A DNA stretch of 63,092 nt, filler included, from Reclinomonas americana ATCC 50394 (lineage: Eukaryota), in NCBI GenBank assembly GCA_048213135.1. It is 11 parts of 11 records of this genome, joined end to end, with 100 filler letters (N's around TTAATTAATTAA, not from the genome) between each part and the next. Parts side by side here need not be neighbours in the genome. Positions count along the whole stretch, not along the records: positions 37,911 to 45,047 come from AFZH01017409.1; positions 45,148 to 47,028 come from AFZH01017410.1; positions 47,129 to 60,204 come from AFZH01017411.1; 8 more parts are not named here. One strand, written 5' to 3'. Each line of letters opens with the position of its first letter. Within the stretch, counting starts at the first letter, position 1. Below, one piece after another: positions 38,467 through 52,600 of this stretch. Under the pieces are notes generated by a model. It made no database searches. It saw only the letters and a list, made by a program, of their open reading frames with translations, and had not been told where the DNA came from. A program made the position numbers and the translations under genes.

Positions 38467-40468
38467 ATGCGCGCGGCGGTTCTGCTTGTTGTTGTCTTGG
38501 CCGTGTCGGTGGTGTGCGTCAGCGCACTGCGCACCAACTGGAATGATGAGGGCGCCATGCACGAGTTTCGTCCATTATTGTCGGGGGTTCTTGCATGTGT
38601 GCGCGCGTGTGTGTGTCTATCTTCCTCCGCTCTCCTCTCTGTATGTGTGTGAGCATGCCGGGAAAAGGCGCTGACGAGTGGTAATGTGCGTGCGTGTGCG
38701 TGTGCGCACAGCGGCATGAAGGTCAATGGCGAGGTCATCTCCAGGGTTCGTCACGCCACGCTCTGCGCCCCTCTCTTTCACGTGTGCTTACCCTCTCTGT
38801 CCCCTTCTCTCTCTCTACACACATACAGGAGGAGTGGACGCGTCGTCATCCGGAGCACAAGCCTCGCGTGGTGCTCTCGGAGGAACCGTGGCAGCAGGTG
38901 GAGGCCGGAAAGCTGACGCTGCCGACGGCGTGGGACTGGCGCAACGTGACTGGCCCCAACACCAACCTTGGTATGTGTGTGTCTGAGCGTGTGTGTGCGT
39001 GTTTGTCATCAGCGTGTGTGACTGACATGATTCTGCGCGCCATCAGTCACCTTTTCGCGCAACCAGCACTTGGTTTGTCCCTCCCATGTCTCTCTTCTCC
39101 ACTTCTCACTCACTTCTCTGGGTAGCCGGTGTACTGCGGCAGCTGCTGGGCTCATGTTTCGTCCTTCGCTGCTTGCAAATGCGTGTCTCGGCTGCTGACT
39201 CGTTCTCGCCACCAGGGCACCACCTCGGCGCTGTCGGATCGCATCAAGATCCTGACCAAGGGCAACTGGCCGGCGGTCAACCTGGCGCCTCAGTACCTGC
39301 TCAACTGGTGCGTACAGCCGTGATTTGAGTTGTTGTTGTTGGCCGCTGCTGCTGCTGCTTACACTTGTTTTCGGCGCAGTGGACCGTGCGGTGGCTGCGG
39401 TGGCGGCTTCCCGGGCTGCGTGTACGAGTTTGCGCACGACAATGGCCTCGTCGATGAGACGTTGCGTTTGGCGATCAGCGTGTACGGGAGGCGACGTGTG
39501 TTTGTGTGTGACATTCCCCTGCCTGCAGCTGCGCTCCGTATGAGGCGAACGACCTCGACTGCAATGCCATCAACACGTGCAAGAACTGCAACTCAGTTGA
39601 GTCTGGCACCCCATGTGAACGCACATGTATATATTATATGCTGATGCCACCCACCTGTAGGACAAGTGCTGGGCGGAGACCAGCTTCAAGATGTGGAAGG
39701 TGTCCGAGTACGGCGATGTGTCTGGCGCGGTGCGTGCACAGCCTAACTCTTTGTCTCCAGCAACACGCTGACATCCCCTTCATTCTTGTGTGGGCATATC
39801 GCAGGCCAAGATGAAGGCTGAGATCTTTGCCCGCGGTCCGATTGCCTGCGGTTCGTGTGGCCAGTGATCGCTTATTTTTTTTTTGCTTCACGCTCCTCAA
39901 TGCAATCAACCCTCCGCGCAGGCATTCATGTGACCAACAAGTTCGAGTCCTACTCGGGTGGTGTCTACTCCGAGTTTGTCGTCTTCCCGACGGTGATTTC
40001 ACTCTGCTGTCGGCACACACATTCCCCTGTCACGTCGTCGCTGACCGTACGTCCAACAGGCCAACCACGTCATCTCGGTCGCTGGCTGGGGTGTGGAGAA
40101 CGGCGTCGAGTACTGGATTGGCCGCAACTCGTGGGGCACCTACTGGGGGTACGCTGCCGCCGCTGTCATTGCTCATGTCTGTCTCTCCTTATGTTTGCTT
40201 ACTGTGCACTCTTTTTTGTGTGGTCATTTTACAGCGAGACTGGCTGGTTCCGCATCATGGTACGTGTGTCTCTCTCTCTCTCAATCGTACCCCCTTGCAA
40301 TCTCTTGTGCTCATTGCATTGCGCGTCATTGCAGATGCACAAGGACAACCTGGGCATTGAGGGTGTGTCTCTATTCTCACACACTCACCACATGAAGTCA
40401 TCTGTACTCACAAAACTGCGTGTGCGCCATCAGATGACTGCAACTGGGCCGTCCCGATTCTCCAGTAA
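38467..40468 (+). CDS. CTSZ: Cathepsin Z/X (papain family C1A), 14 introns
   Basis: Signal peptide, [96 protein letters not shown]. Confidence 0.96.
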
Positions 40469-40619
40469 CCGGCGTGCTTGACTCGCCCTGTACGAGTGTT
40501 GTTGTTGTTGTTTTCTTTCGGAGTTGTTTTTGTGTGCTGCCTGCGCTTGTACGCAACAATCATGCATAGTGTGAAGTGCGGCAACGATCTCTGACCCCTG
40601 AAGAGAGCAGTTGTTATAG

Positions 40620-43600
40620 TTACATTCTATCTTCTAGCACGATGCTGTGGTAGGGCGACGTCGAGTTTGCTCGCCGTGACTCGGCCGCCGCCAGCAGCAT
40701 AGCAGAAGAGCTGCGCACCATGGTGGGCACGTGTAGACCGCGTGTGGCGGCCACGACGGAGGGTTCGGCGCCGCCCGATTCGGCCACCAACTCCCTCACT
40801 GTTTCGCGCAGGGCGCGAACCACGAGATCGTACATGTCTGTACGACTCAACAGCAGCTGCGCGCGTACACGGGTGAGAAGCTGGGTGATCGCCAACCGTT
40901 GTCGACAACAAGCACGAACCTTGAACTGCGGACGATTGGCGGGCGCGGCGGCGGCAAGTAGTGACAGTGCATCGGCAAAACCGAGCTGCCTCGGAGATGT
41001 GATGGGTGTTCCGCCGCTTCCGGAGCCAACGGACGATTGCCGTCGACTGTGACCGCTGACGGCAATGCTCGGACGGGGCAAGTCGAGTCGAGGCGACGTC
41101 GATGGTGTGTTGCCGGAGCTGCCGGCGTTGATGGTGAGGAAGGCCGAGGGACGCCGTATATGACCGCCGCTTGGCACCTCAATGCGTGGTGATACGGTGG
41201 GCGTGTTGGTGCCGCTGTTGGAGACTGTCAGAAAACTGGAGGGCCGTCTCATGTGTCCTCCTCCTCCGCCCGTGTTGCGTGGCGATGGCACAGGCGTTGT
41301 GTTGCCGCTGGAGGTGATGGTGAGGAAGCTCGACGGGCGTCGCGAGTGCCCACTGCCACCGCCGACGGCGACGCTCTCGCGATGGCGAGCCAGACGAGCA
41401 GAGATCTCGTGGCGTGTGTGGGTCGTTCTCGTCGTGTGCGCCAAGCCGGTGCGTGCAATCGCACACAACTCCACGTACTGGCGGAGTTTGTCACAGTGTT
41501 CGCGGCGTCGTCGATGCAGGTTGCGCACAACGGCATCGAAGCGGATCTTTTCTGTCACGGCGGTGTAGCGACCGAGTGCCGTCCACAATTCCATGGCTTC
41601 CCGTTTCATGGTCGATATTCTGCCAGACAGCAGCATGGCTACACATCAGCAACAGTACGATCAGAGACGCGTCAGTGCTCGTCATTACCTCTGTGCATCG
41701 ACGGCCTCCTTCATGACATCCTTCTCGGCCGGTGGCGACGATGGCCCGTCCCTAAAGGTGACGCTGCGCACCGTATCGACCAGAATGTCCTGCGCGATAG
41801 AGTGAGTTTCGTGCAACTCTTGGCGGCTTCAGCGGTGGACACGTACCCGATTGCCGGCCGAGAGTTTTCGTCGCAGTGGCCGTCCTGCCCGTGCACCCTT
41901 GGTCCTCAACGCAGACTTTTGCGTGTTGCCGGTCGGTGCAAGAGCAACACCGGTTGTCGTCTCGTAGAACTCACGCAGCTCTTGCTCAACATCCATGAAC
42001 TGTGTGCGCGCGACAGTGTAAGGCGCGGCACATGTAGCAAGTGAAGAAAAAAAGGTGACGCACCTGCAGCGTGAGCGTCCGCACAGTGGCGTGCACGTGT
42101 CGATAGAAGCGACACAGTACAGCGTGGGCGAGGGTCACTGCGTTGGGAGGCACATGTACGCATGAGAAACGCGACAACACAAGCAGTATGTGACAACGAC
42201 CATGGTGCGTACCCTTGCGATGGTAAGCGCGAATGAAGAGCGACACGGATTGTACACGATGCAGACTGGTGAAGAACGCACGCAGAACGGAGCATGCTTT
42301 GCGCTTGCGACAAATTCTCACAACGAGCTTGTAGCGCCAGTAAACTCTGCAGCACGTGACATGTGAGTCGGGGTCTGGCATCAGGGAGTTAGAGCCTCCA
42401 GCAAGAATTGCAGTAACCTTCGAATGACACGTGCGGCCTTGCAGAAACGAGCCACACGGCGCCGATGAATCATGGGCCACAGCAGCGTCTCCAACACTCG
42501 CACGGCGCCAATCTCTCTTCGCAGTGTGCGGAATTTCTGCCCGTGCGCACAAGCTCACGTCAGTGCCCTAGAGCCTCGCACACGTGCACCGCCACACCAT
42601 CTCCACTCACCAACAGCGACCTCCCAAAGTAATCCACTGCAAAACCGGTGACTACACACTTGAACAGCAGACAAATTCTGTCGCGATCCGTGTCGATGCG
42701 TTCCAGCCGCTTCCCCTGGGTTGTGAAGTCAGTGCGTGCACACTCCTTCTCTTTTTTCGACACACACAGACCGTCTTGATTTTGTGTTCGTAGGCCTGCA
42801 ACTTGCGCAGACGAATCTTCTCCTGGAACTCGTTGAATTCCTCGATGCGTTCCCGCATTTGCTCTGCATGCTCCCGTTGCTCTTGTATCTGTCGGTCGTG
42901 CGAGTGGCGTGAGCGATGGATGCTACTCGTGCACACCTCTCCTCAAAAACGACGAAAAACCAACCTTGCGAACACGTTCCTCCACTGGATTGCTCACTGG
43001 TCTCCTAAAGTCGATCCGGCCGACGTTGGAAGCCGCCCACACTTTCTTCAAGTGCTCCAGCTTCTCCCTCTTGATTTCTTTTTCCATTTCCTCTGTTTGT
43101 GTGCGTGCATGAGACAAGGAGCTCGCTGATCAACCGCGTATGAGAACGAGGCTACCTGCACGCTTGAACAACTCCGAGAGCGCATTCGGGTGATCCATAA
43201 AGTGCGCCTTGGTCATGGCCACACGTTCCGCCGCGGACGGTTGTCGCTTGCGCATGGCAGCCAGTCGGGACTCTGCGCTGTTTCGTGAGACTCTCGTATA
43301 GCTATACCATCGCAGCAGCAGTAAAAAAAAAAGAAGCACACCGAGAACAGTCGCCGAGACTGGCCGATGGCGCCACTTGGAGCCTGTGCACGTAGTGTGA
43401 GGCTCGCCGTCGAGGGCAAATGTGGCGACAAGTGGCAACTCACCATCATCGCCCGCCGAGTCCTTGTTCGCCCCAGCCGCGTCCTCGCGATGCTTCTTCT
43501 CCGCGACCTTGCTCTCCTCTGTGCCACATGCTGCGTTCAGTCTCTCGCTCACTCCTCTCGAGCTCCACTCATCCACCCCCCGACAATCACACCTGCTTTC

Positions 43601-44790
43601 GTCTTGAGCTCCGCATACATGGCGTCGAATACAGGTGCCGGCACCGGCTGCGGCATCACGGTGCCTGCCAGAAAACTCGTGTCGCCAATCACCATCGACG
43701 ACGCCCGGCCGACCAACACAGACGCCGAGGTTGGCCGACGAGTCCACGCGTCGCGTGACGAGGGCGACCGATCCAGCAGCATATCCGGTGGCACCACCGT
43801 CAACATCATTCCGCGGGGAGGTTGCTCGAACGGATTACGATTCTCGGCGTCGGCCTGCGGCGACGGCGACATGCCTCGTATCGAACTCTGTCGACGCGGA
43901 GCAAACATGGGGACAGCGACACTATTGCTGCGACTGCTGGCGGTGATAATCGTCGTCGGGGCCATCATGGTGCTCTGTGGCGTTGCCTTGGCGTTGAGTG
44001 CGCCCAGCATGTCACCATAGTAGCTGTTGCGCTGCGGAAGAGGGCGGAAGAGAACTTGTCAGTCACTGACTGGCGCACACGCACACGCACGATCGAGGTT
44101 AGTTACCGACGAAGCCAGTGCACTCAGACCGCGTGCTGAGCAGGCCGACTGAGGGCGATCAGGAAACACCTTGAGCTGTGTGCGTGATCGGATGAGTCAC
44201 ACACGTGCGCACACACACACACTCTCTGTCAACCGCACACGCACATCGCGAGCAGAGCGTGGAGTGGCATAGTGTACTCGACTGGTGTTGTTGAGCACAC
44301 GCGCTGTGGCCGAGGAGGTGATCGCAGTGGAGGAGGAGGTGTTGAGCGTGAGTCGACCACTCTCCGGTGCCGTGCGACGAGTGGACGCGCTGCGTGATCG
44401 CCGTGGCAAGCCCATCACACTGCTCCCTCTTCTCTCCGTGGGTGATATGGTGGCGCTGCGTGACGACGAGTGCCGTACATCGCCACAGTCACCGTCGTCG
44501 CCACTGCTCAACATTTCGCGATCGAGCAAAACGGGTCGAACGTTTTGTTTTATCGAATACTTGCCGTTTCGGAGGGGTTTGTGTGAAATGCCGCACCGAA
44601 TGCAGTTGTCGGGTTGCCAGGAAGGGCACTCGGTAGCAGCGCACACGAGAGTGCACACAAAGAAATGTGCGCGCTGCAGCACCCGACGCACAGGCCGGTG
44701 TGATATCGAATCATATCAATCACAACGGATCGTGCATCTCGCGGGACTTCGAACAGCAGGCAATTGTTTCTCAAAAATGGGGTTCATTTT
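40620..44790 (-). CDS. Large multi-exon hypothetical protein(s), Ser/Arg-rich with coiled-coil and IQ-like segments
   Basis: Successive minus-strand exons with GT-AG introns (e.g. QEQREHAEQMRERIEEFNEFQEKIRLRKLQ; repeated GH.RRPSxFLT); ends IVLEDRM*. 5' boundary uncertain. Confidence 0.45.
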
Positions 44791-44884
44791 GTGCATTGTG
44801 TCTTTCCTACAGCAGGCACCTTGGTGTATGTGGGTGTATGTTACTCTATTACGTGTGTGTCAAAAATTAGAGTGAGTGCTCTCT

Positions 44885-45978
44885 TCATGGCACCCATCGT
44901 CGGTCGGCAGCGTTGGCTGCCGCCGGCGACTGCGTCTGTCCGCCCGATCCTCGTCTCGAACCGGCCGAGCTCCGGTGGCTCTTGCTGCCGCTGGAGCGCA
45001 GCGAAGACGATCGTGAGGTCACGGACGTGGCGGATCCGTTGGGCGATNNNNNNNNNNNNNNNNNNNNNNNNNNNNNNNNNNNNNNNNNNNNTTAATTAAT
45101 TAANNNNNNNNNNNNNNNNNNNNNNNNNNNNNNNNNNNNNNNNNNNNTAGTGAGGCGCCGTACAAGGTGAACTGCACCCTGTTTTGTGTGGACAGGTGGA
45201 GTGATGAGTAAAACAGATTGATTGTTCCTACTCTCCGGCGTACGTGCGTATGGACGAAACTGAGCTGATGTTCGCGGGTCCAATGCTGCCTTGTGTGCCG
45301 GCGCTCGCCCCAGCACACGCACCTGCCTCTGCTCTCCATCCACACAGATCACCGACGGGATCAGACTCAGTGCGTTGGTGTCCTCCAGCAACAGCAGGCC
45401 GCACAGTGAGGTGGACGGTGCGCATGCTTCGGCCACTTGGGCCGTCATGACAACGTCCTCCTCCTCTTCTTCCTCCTCCTCTTCCTCTTCCTCCTCTTCT
45501 TCCTCTTCCTCCTCCTCCTCCATCATGCGCATGGCATCGTCCTCGTCGTCGTCATCCGTGTGCTCGTGAGGCGCAGGAGTGACGACCACCGAACAGGGCA
45601 ATCGATTGGAAGTCGTCGACGGTTGGTGCAGCGGGTGGAACGGGTTGTCGGTGTGCTCTGTCGGCAGCGTGGCAGTCCATCGTCGAACCACAGTGCCGTG
45701 CATTCTCTCGCGTGTGGGGGGTGTGGTGGTCTTGGCTCTCCACGCGGCTACAAAGGAACAATTGGTGAACACGAGGCTCTGCAAAAAGGAGTTCAGACAC
45801 ACGGGACAGCATGTTCGAATCGTCGTGCGGAAGGGAAAGAGGGCGCAGAGACAGACAGGCACACACGCGCGCGTATGCAGACGAGGGAAAACGCAAACCT
45901 CGAGTTGTCTTCACGAAAACGTGACTTCTCTCGCGCGATGCCGAAATGACAAATTCCAGTTTCCGGCCGATGACTCAT
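44885..45978 (-). CDS. Acidic protein with possible FHA-like domain (spans gap)
   Basis: Poly-E tract then VRVLGRAPAHKAALDPRTSAQ|VQFTL, resembling aprataxin/PNKP-type FHA. A Ser-rich end ...RRWVP* lies beyond the gap and may belong to it. Confidence 0.4.
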
Positions 45979-46078
45979 CCCGGCGATTTGTCACCGTCGC
46001 GGCGTTGAACGTGGGCATTCAGGGTTGCTCTTCTGGTTGATCTTTGCTGGCCACGAACCACTCTCTCTGAAGTGCACA

Positions 46079-49000
46079 ATGTTCGACCCTGAACGCGATA
46101 TCGATGTGCTGCCTCAGCCGTATCGCATGATCGACAAGCTGGTCAAGTCGATTCTCTCTCGCGCAGGAGGTGAGAGAGAGAGTGAAGGACAGAGAAGGAG
46201 AGAGAGGGAGAGAGAAACAGAGCGAAGGAGAGAGAGAGAAGAAGAAGAAGTGAAAGTGTGAGACGATCGAGAGGAAAAGCACGAATGACAGTCTCTTCTC
46301 TCTCTTTACACACACACACACACACACACTTACACTGCCGAGGAGGAGAAGTGCCATCCATGACAGAAACGCTCACTCGTGTCGTGTCGCATGCAGATGA
46401 GATTGACAAGATCGATGCCGGCGTGTATCAACGACGGCGGCAGGACTCGCGATCGGCGCCAGTGTGCCGGCCTTCTGCTGTACTCTCGATGCTGGGAGAG
46501 CCGTCGACTGGCGAAGCAGCCTCGTTGCGCGCTGTGTGCTTTGCTCTCCTTTTCTCTCTCACACCATAGCTGACGATCGGTGCAGCAAGTCGGCGCCCGA
46601 GACGGTCTCCTTTGGCTTCTTCACCTTGCGCAACGACACGTACATGGTGACGCTGGGCAGTGATTCGCGTCTGCGTGTGTATGCCGATGCAGAGGACAAG
46701 ACCCGTGTGCACAATCGCCTCGTCGGTGCGCGCTCTTTCTACACGCTCTCCACACTCTCGTGTCTTGCTGATCATATATGTGTGGACGGATGCAGTGCTG
46801 ACGCCAGAGACCGCATCGGTGGCATTGCCGTTCACCACGCCGCCACGCACCGTGTCGTGCTCGGTCACACCGGGCGGACAGCCGGTGATCCTGTGTGCCT
46901 CCGACAAGGAGTTGTGCGTGTGCAAGGCCATCTACCAGGAGTACGAGGGCATTCTGCTCGAGGTCAAGGGCGTGTCGGTGAACAGAGGCTTCCTGCCGGC
47001 TGCTGGTACGCTAGTGGTGGCAGTCGGCNNNNNNNNNNNNNNNNNNNNNNNNNNNNNNNNNNNNNNNNNNNNTTAATTAATTAANNNNNNNNNNNNNNNN
47101 NNNNNNNNNNNNNNNNNNNNNNNNNNNNCACCAGCCCCTGCCGCCGCGGCTGCTCCACCGCCTGCCGCCAAGGGTGGCAAGGTGAATGGCGGCGACTCGT
47201 GAATGGGGCAGTATGATTCATGTCGTAAAGCTGACGACATCTGCGCAGGGTCCACCACCATCCGCCGCCGCTGCTGCGCCACCAGAACCTACTGTGCCTC
47301 CCGGCATGGTTGCCATTGAACCGGGTGCGACGGTGTTCGACTCGGGTGCTGGCGTGATTCCCATGTATCATTTTGTCAGCGGGCCGGGCTACCGATCTCG
47401 CGCCGCAGAGGTGAATTCACCAGACACACGGATCATCTGCTTTGTCATTGCTCAACTGCTTCTTCTTCTCATGGTGGCAGCTACCGTATCGCGTCACCCG
47501 CCATGTGGCCGTGTACAACCGTGGTTCGTTGTCTGTCACCCTGCACTGCTTGGTGCCGCCGCCACCGAGTCGGTTGCCTGCTGGTGTCGGAGCAGCTGGT
47601 GGAGCCTCGGGAAGTGGAGCCGGAAACAGTTGCGTGCACGGGCCAGTTGATGTGTGTGCGTGTCGTGGCTCATGAGCACGTGTGTGTGTGTGTGTGTTTC
47701 TCCAGGTCTGCTGACGGCTCCGCGCGGGAATCGTGAACTGTTGCACCCGAGTCCCATCATGGCGTCTGCCATCAGTGCTGAAGGCGATCAGTTGGTGTGC
47801 GGCCTCTCCAATGGTGGCGTCGTGCTTTGGAATCTTACTACAGGTGCGGTGTCACGAGGCCACCCACACCAACGAGCGCGCTTCAGGACCCTCATGCTCT
47901 TTTTGTAATTCACAGCCACGCAAGAGCACGTACTCGCCAGACATAAGCGCAGTGTCACATTTGTTTCGATACCGCGATCTCGCTTGGTGGTGTCGGGTGA
48001 CGCCGACGGCATTGTACATGTGAATAATCTCGCCGACGCGCAGTCGTCTGTTGCTGGTGTACAGCGAAAGCCAGGCGCATCATCGGCAGCCGCCGGCAGT
48101 GTGGAGCGTCCAGCGGATGTTGCGTGACTGCGTGGTGGTGTGATGGAAACCGGGTGTCTCTGACGGTCTTGCGTGCAGATGGCCCTGTCACGCTTCTCGC
48201 CCAAGCAGGAACACCAGCTGGCAGGTCAGCATCTAATCTCCGTCAAGCTGGAAGAGTGCCCAGAATCCATTGCCGACATGCTGTGGTGGCCTCACTTCCA
48301 CATGGTGGGTCCCCACGATGCAGTCGCTGTCGTTTCTGTTGTATGTTGCTGATCTATACGTATCCAGTGCGCCACCGTGTCGGAAACGTGCCAAGTTCGC
48401 ATCTATGACGCAGACTCGGGCGACATGTTGGCCAAGCTGACAAACACCTCGCCAATGGACTCGTTCCTAGCCGGTCCGCTCCCGCAGGCCGCCATCCGCA
48501 CCCCTGCTTCTGTGTGTGGACGATTTGCGCAGCAGACTGGTGATCGACTACTGATCATGGAAGGTGACGTGTGTGTGTGTGTGTGTCGGCAGTCGAATAG
48601 AGATTGCTGTTTTTCGTACATGCTTCATGGAGCTCATCACGCGCTTGCCGCCCCGCCCGTAATACTGCACACATTATGCCTTTTATCTCTCTCTGCACTG
48701 TCTTGTTGTTGCCTTTGATTGCCTTGTCATGATTCCGTTCACAATCGCCAGACATGGGTAACTCAATGACTGTGTGGAAACAGCACACATTCACTCCACA
48801 TCACTCACTTTCAAACGTCACTCACAGAGCAAGGCCAACGGGCAGTGGTCATGTTCGATCTGGTGGACATTGCACTCGCCGTGTATCCGTCGCTGCGCGA
48901 TCCACTCGGCTTCACGCTGCCAGGAGTTGCGCGCGCGCGTGTGTGTGTGATTGCTGTCTCTTGTGCGTCACGACTTACCAACCCACTGTGCGCAGGAGGT

Positions 49001-49537
49001 TCGCAATTTGCTGCGCACTCTCTCACATCAAGAGCGCAAGAGGGAGCGTCAGGGTCCGTCGGCAACCTCGCTGGCTGGCGTCGGGCAGCCGCAGTCGGCC
49101 ATGTCGAATCGCAGCAACACATCTGGTGCGAAGCGGAAGACCAGTTTCGATCTGCTGGGAGGGCGCAAGAGTTCCAGTCACAGCATGCGCAGCAACAAGT
49201 CATCGGTGAGAGTGGAATTCACGGGCGGAAGAGGTGTGCGTCACATGCTCACAAGTGCATCAGGTTCGAGTCATGACGCTGGCCGATATCAAGAAGCAAA
49301 AAGACGCGGCCAAGGCACAGGAGTTTGCTGCTGCCGCTCTCGCGGTCGACCACGGTGACCCCATGGCACTCCTCATGCACGATGAGCAGCACAGGTTTGT
49401 TGTTTGCGAGGGCCGCGCTTTCCCCATTGTCGATACGTTTCCTTTCGCTCACACGTCCGCACAGACTATCGACAAGAGCCGAGCGCGAAATTCGTGTGCT
49501 GCAGCGTCTCTCGTCGCTACAGGCGGAACTACGCTGA
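46079..49537 (+). CDS. WDR93: WDR93-like ciliary WD40 protein (spans gap)
   Basis: N-terminal DVLPQPYRMIDKLVKSIL is characteristic of WDR93 as remembered; WD repeats LVCGLSNGGVVLWNL and VVSGDADGIVHV. Confidence 0.75.
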
Positions 49538-49634
49538 TTAGTGGCGGGTGGGCACGCAAGTCGCGAGTAAACAACCACCAACATTCATTACAAGTTACAA
49601 AGTTACACCGCCAGTGTGTGGGATGTGTCTTTTT

Positions 49635-52600
49635 TCATCTCGGCACGTTGAGGCCACCGGCAAAGCCACCTCGGCGAGCGTTGAACGTCATGATCTCCTG
49701 GTCGGCACTGGGAAAGAGCACAGGCATCACCGGCATTGGATTTGCGTCGATGGGGGGTCCGTTCAGGTCCATACCCGCGTCGGCAGTGCTGCCGCGAGAA
49801 ACCGGTCGTGCATTCAACGCACTCGCTAGCTTGCGCTGGTTCTCCGCGCGAATCTGCTCATCCAACAACGCGCAGATGCTGGTGTACTTGGCAACCAGCG
49901 CCACCGGCAGCACATCGAGAGAGTTGCTGTGCGTGTGCATGTGTGCAAACTCCGCCGGCGAATGGCTGATGGGCGACACGGATGAGCCGCGTCGACGATA
50001 CTCCTGCCACCACCACGCGCAATACAATCAGTTGCACAGGGCGATAGAACAAGACAAGACAAATGAGACGCACCGCTGCCGAGTCTTCCACTTGCACCAT
50101 GCGGGGCATGATGGAGATGGACAACTCGGGACTCATGTCCATCCGTCCAATGCCGACCTCACCATGGTCATCCGACGCCGTTCGCATCGACCACGACGTG
50201 GTTGTGCTGTGTCCGTTGGTGCCACTCGGTGCCGTCGACGACGGTACGTTCGTCGGCACCGCTGCTGAGAAGCCAATCAGCGCCGTGCCCTCGCTGGCAC
50301 GCCTGGCCGAGAGGTGCACGCGAGGCGGTGGCACTGTGTCGTCGTCGTCATCGTCGTCGTCATCTTCGTCACCACTATCTTCCACGCGACTGTGGTGGTC
50401 CACACCACCGTCGTCGCCGCTCTGCACACGCCGGCGACTGTGCACGCGCGAAATGTCGTCATGCAAGATCAGCTCGTCTTCCTGCATGTCGACTGGCGAC
50501 GGTGTGTACGAATGCGTGGTCACTGCCATGCTTGAGATGGTCACGGAGCGCGTCTGCCGCGTCTGTGGCGGCGAGTCGGGAATTCGCGGCATTGTGGTCG
50601 ACGAGGTGTCGCTGGGTGGAGCACCTGTGTCCAACATGCGCTGTGCCGACGGCGAGCCAAGACGGATCTTGTTGCGCAGTCGTGAAATGTCGCCCTGTGA
50701 CCCGCTAGCAATGCTGCCACGCGGTGAGGAGCTGATCAGGGGCGGCGGCGGCATCTGCACTGCCGGCATGGAGGCACGGCGTGCGGATGTCACGTGGAAT
50801 GGAATGGCACTCGCCACACCGGGTTCAGTGGCCGGCGTGTCAGTGAATTCGTCCTGGCCCACGGCAAAGAACGGCGATCGAGACCGTGAGCGATCCGGGC
50901 TGCTGCTCCATCAATGGCGAGTGAGGTGCACGGTACACAGAAAAACAACACAAACACATTCGGCGGACACACCTGTCGCCCGGATCCGACGGTGTGGTGG
51001 AGCGCACAAGGGGCGAGATGGCACGGGGTGAATGCACGCTGGGAGACAGAGACGGGGACGGCCGCATGCCGAGACCGCCACCACCCGCGCCAATGACGAC
51101 CGACTCTGCAGCACTGGGGATCAGGCATGTGTTGAAATGCACAGGAAATCACGGCGATCGCGCAACTTCGTCGCGCCATTCCTGCACTCATGGCAGCGCC
51201 GGGCGACGGAGCGCCCCACAGACCACGCTTCGCCTTCTTCGCCTTTTCGTTGGCCTCAATCAGCTCCTGCTTGTAGTCTCGGTCGAGAATCGTGTCACGA
51301 TGTGTGTGATTCAGCATGTCGAGGTCGGTGTACGACAGTCGGCCGAGACCCTGCGCAAGCATCTCCAGCTACAGGAGGAGTCACACATCGGCACACAAGT
51401 GCGAGTAGCGACGCGGCGCACAAGCAAACCTGCACGGAGCCGCCTTCGCTGAACTGCACGTCGACAATGAGCACGTCTTCCTTTGTGACACCGAGAGTGC
51501 GAAATCGGAGATTCTGCAGGTGCGACACCATGGCGTTCACTCGCTGCGTATGTGCGCCAGTAGATGATGAGTAGAGGTGATGCAAAGATGACAAGCGGAT
51601 GCACACGCAACTTGCACATAGCCCATGTGATGCCGCTGCTCCTCCGGCAGTACCTCCAGCGCAAAGAAACGAGCCAACAACGAGCCTGTCGCACGCACAG
51701 AATACTGTCAGCAAGAGCGATCCCAACCACACATGTGCGTCACACTCGCGTGCACACCATACTCGGTGTCGATGATCATAAAGTTGAGGTCCAGCACGGC
51801 AGCCACACTGCCGACCACAACACTGTCGAAGAGCTTCGCCTGTAATATCGCAGCCGGACTTGCCTGTTGCGAGTGCACTGGTGAGCCGTAAAAAAATGTG
51901 TTGCATGCACGCATGCATGCACGCACCTCATAGCACGCCTCGAGAGTGGAGATGCGGTTGACGTACATGGACGCGACCTCGCCCCTGTCGGTGCTTTGCG
52001 AGTGCGACAACATGTGCTTGAACTGGGAGAAAGAGAATCAGCGAGTGATCTTGCTCGCCACATCGTCTTCCCTCCATACCTTGGTGTCGGGCCCCGCGGC
52101 CACCGACGTCAGATCCATGGACTGCACGGAGACCAGCTGCTTCGTCGGCTTGTACGTCTGATTGTTGGCCGTCTTACTCGAAAGCTCCTCCAGTCGCCGT
52201 CGAGTTCGGTCCTCCTTGCGTTTCTCCTTGGCTCGTGCAAGCGCTGCGCCACGCACACACACACACACACAAACAATCAAAGTCAAAAAGACACACACAC
52301 ACAGTCTTCTCATCTCGCTGTCATTGTGGGGATGCAGACCTCGGTCACCGACAAAGACCACATTGGTGCGAGTGGCGGCGTGCACTGCGGCTCGAATCCT
52401 GGACGCCAGCACACCACCAGCGGGAAGCGCAGAATGCTCTGCTCCACCCTGCTGCGTGAGGAAGAACGATCGAGATGGTGGCGAGTCTGACCGCAGCGCC
52501 GGTGGCATCATGGCACTCAGTGCCGTGGGCGGTGCCGACGTGGGCCGCACAGGAGCCGACTCGAGCCGCTTCAAGCCCATCTCCTCGTGAATGAGAGCCA

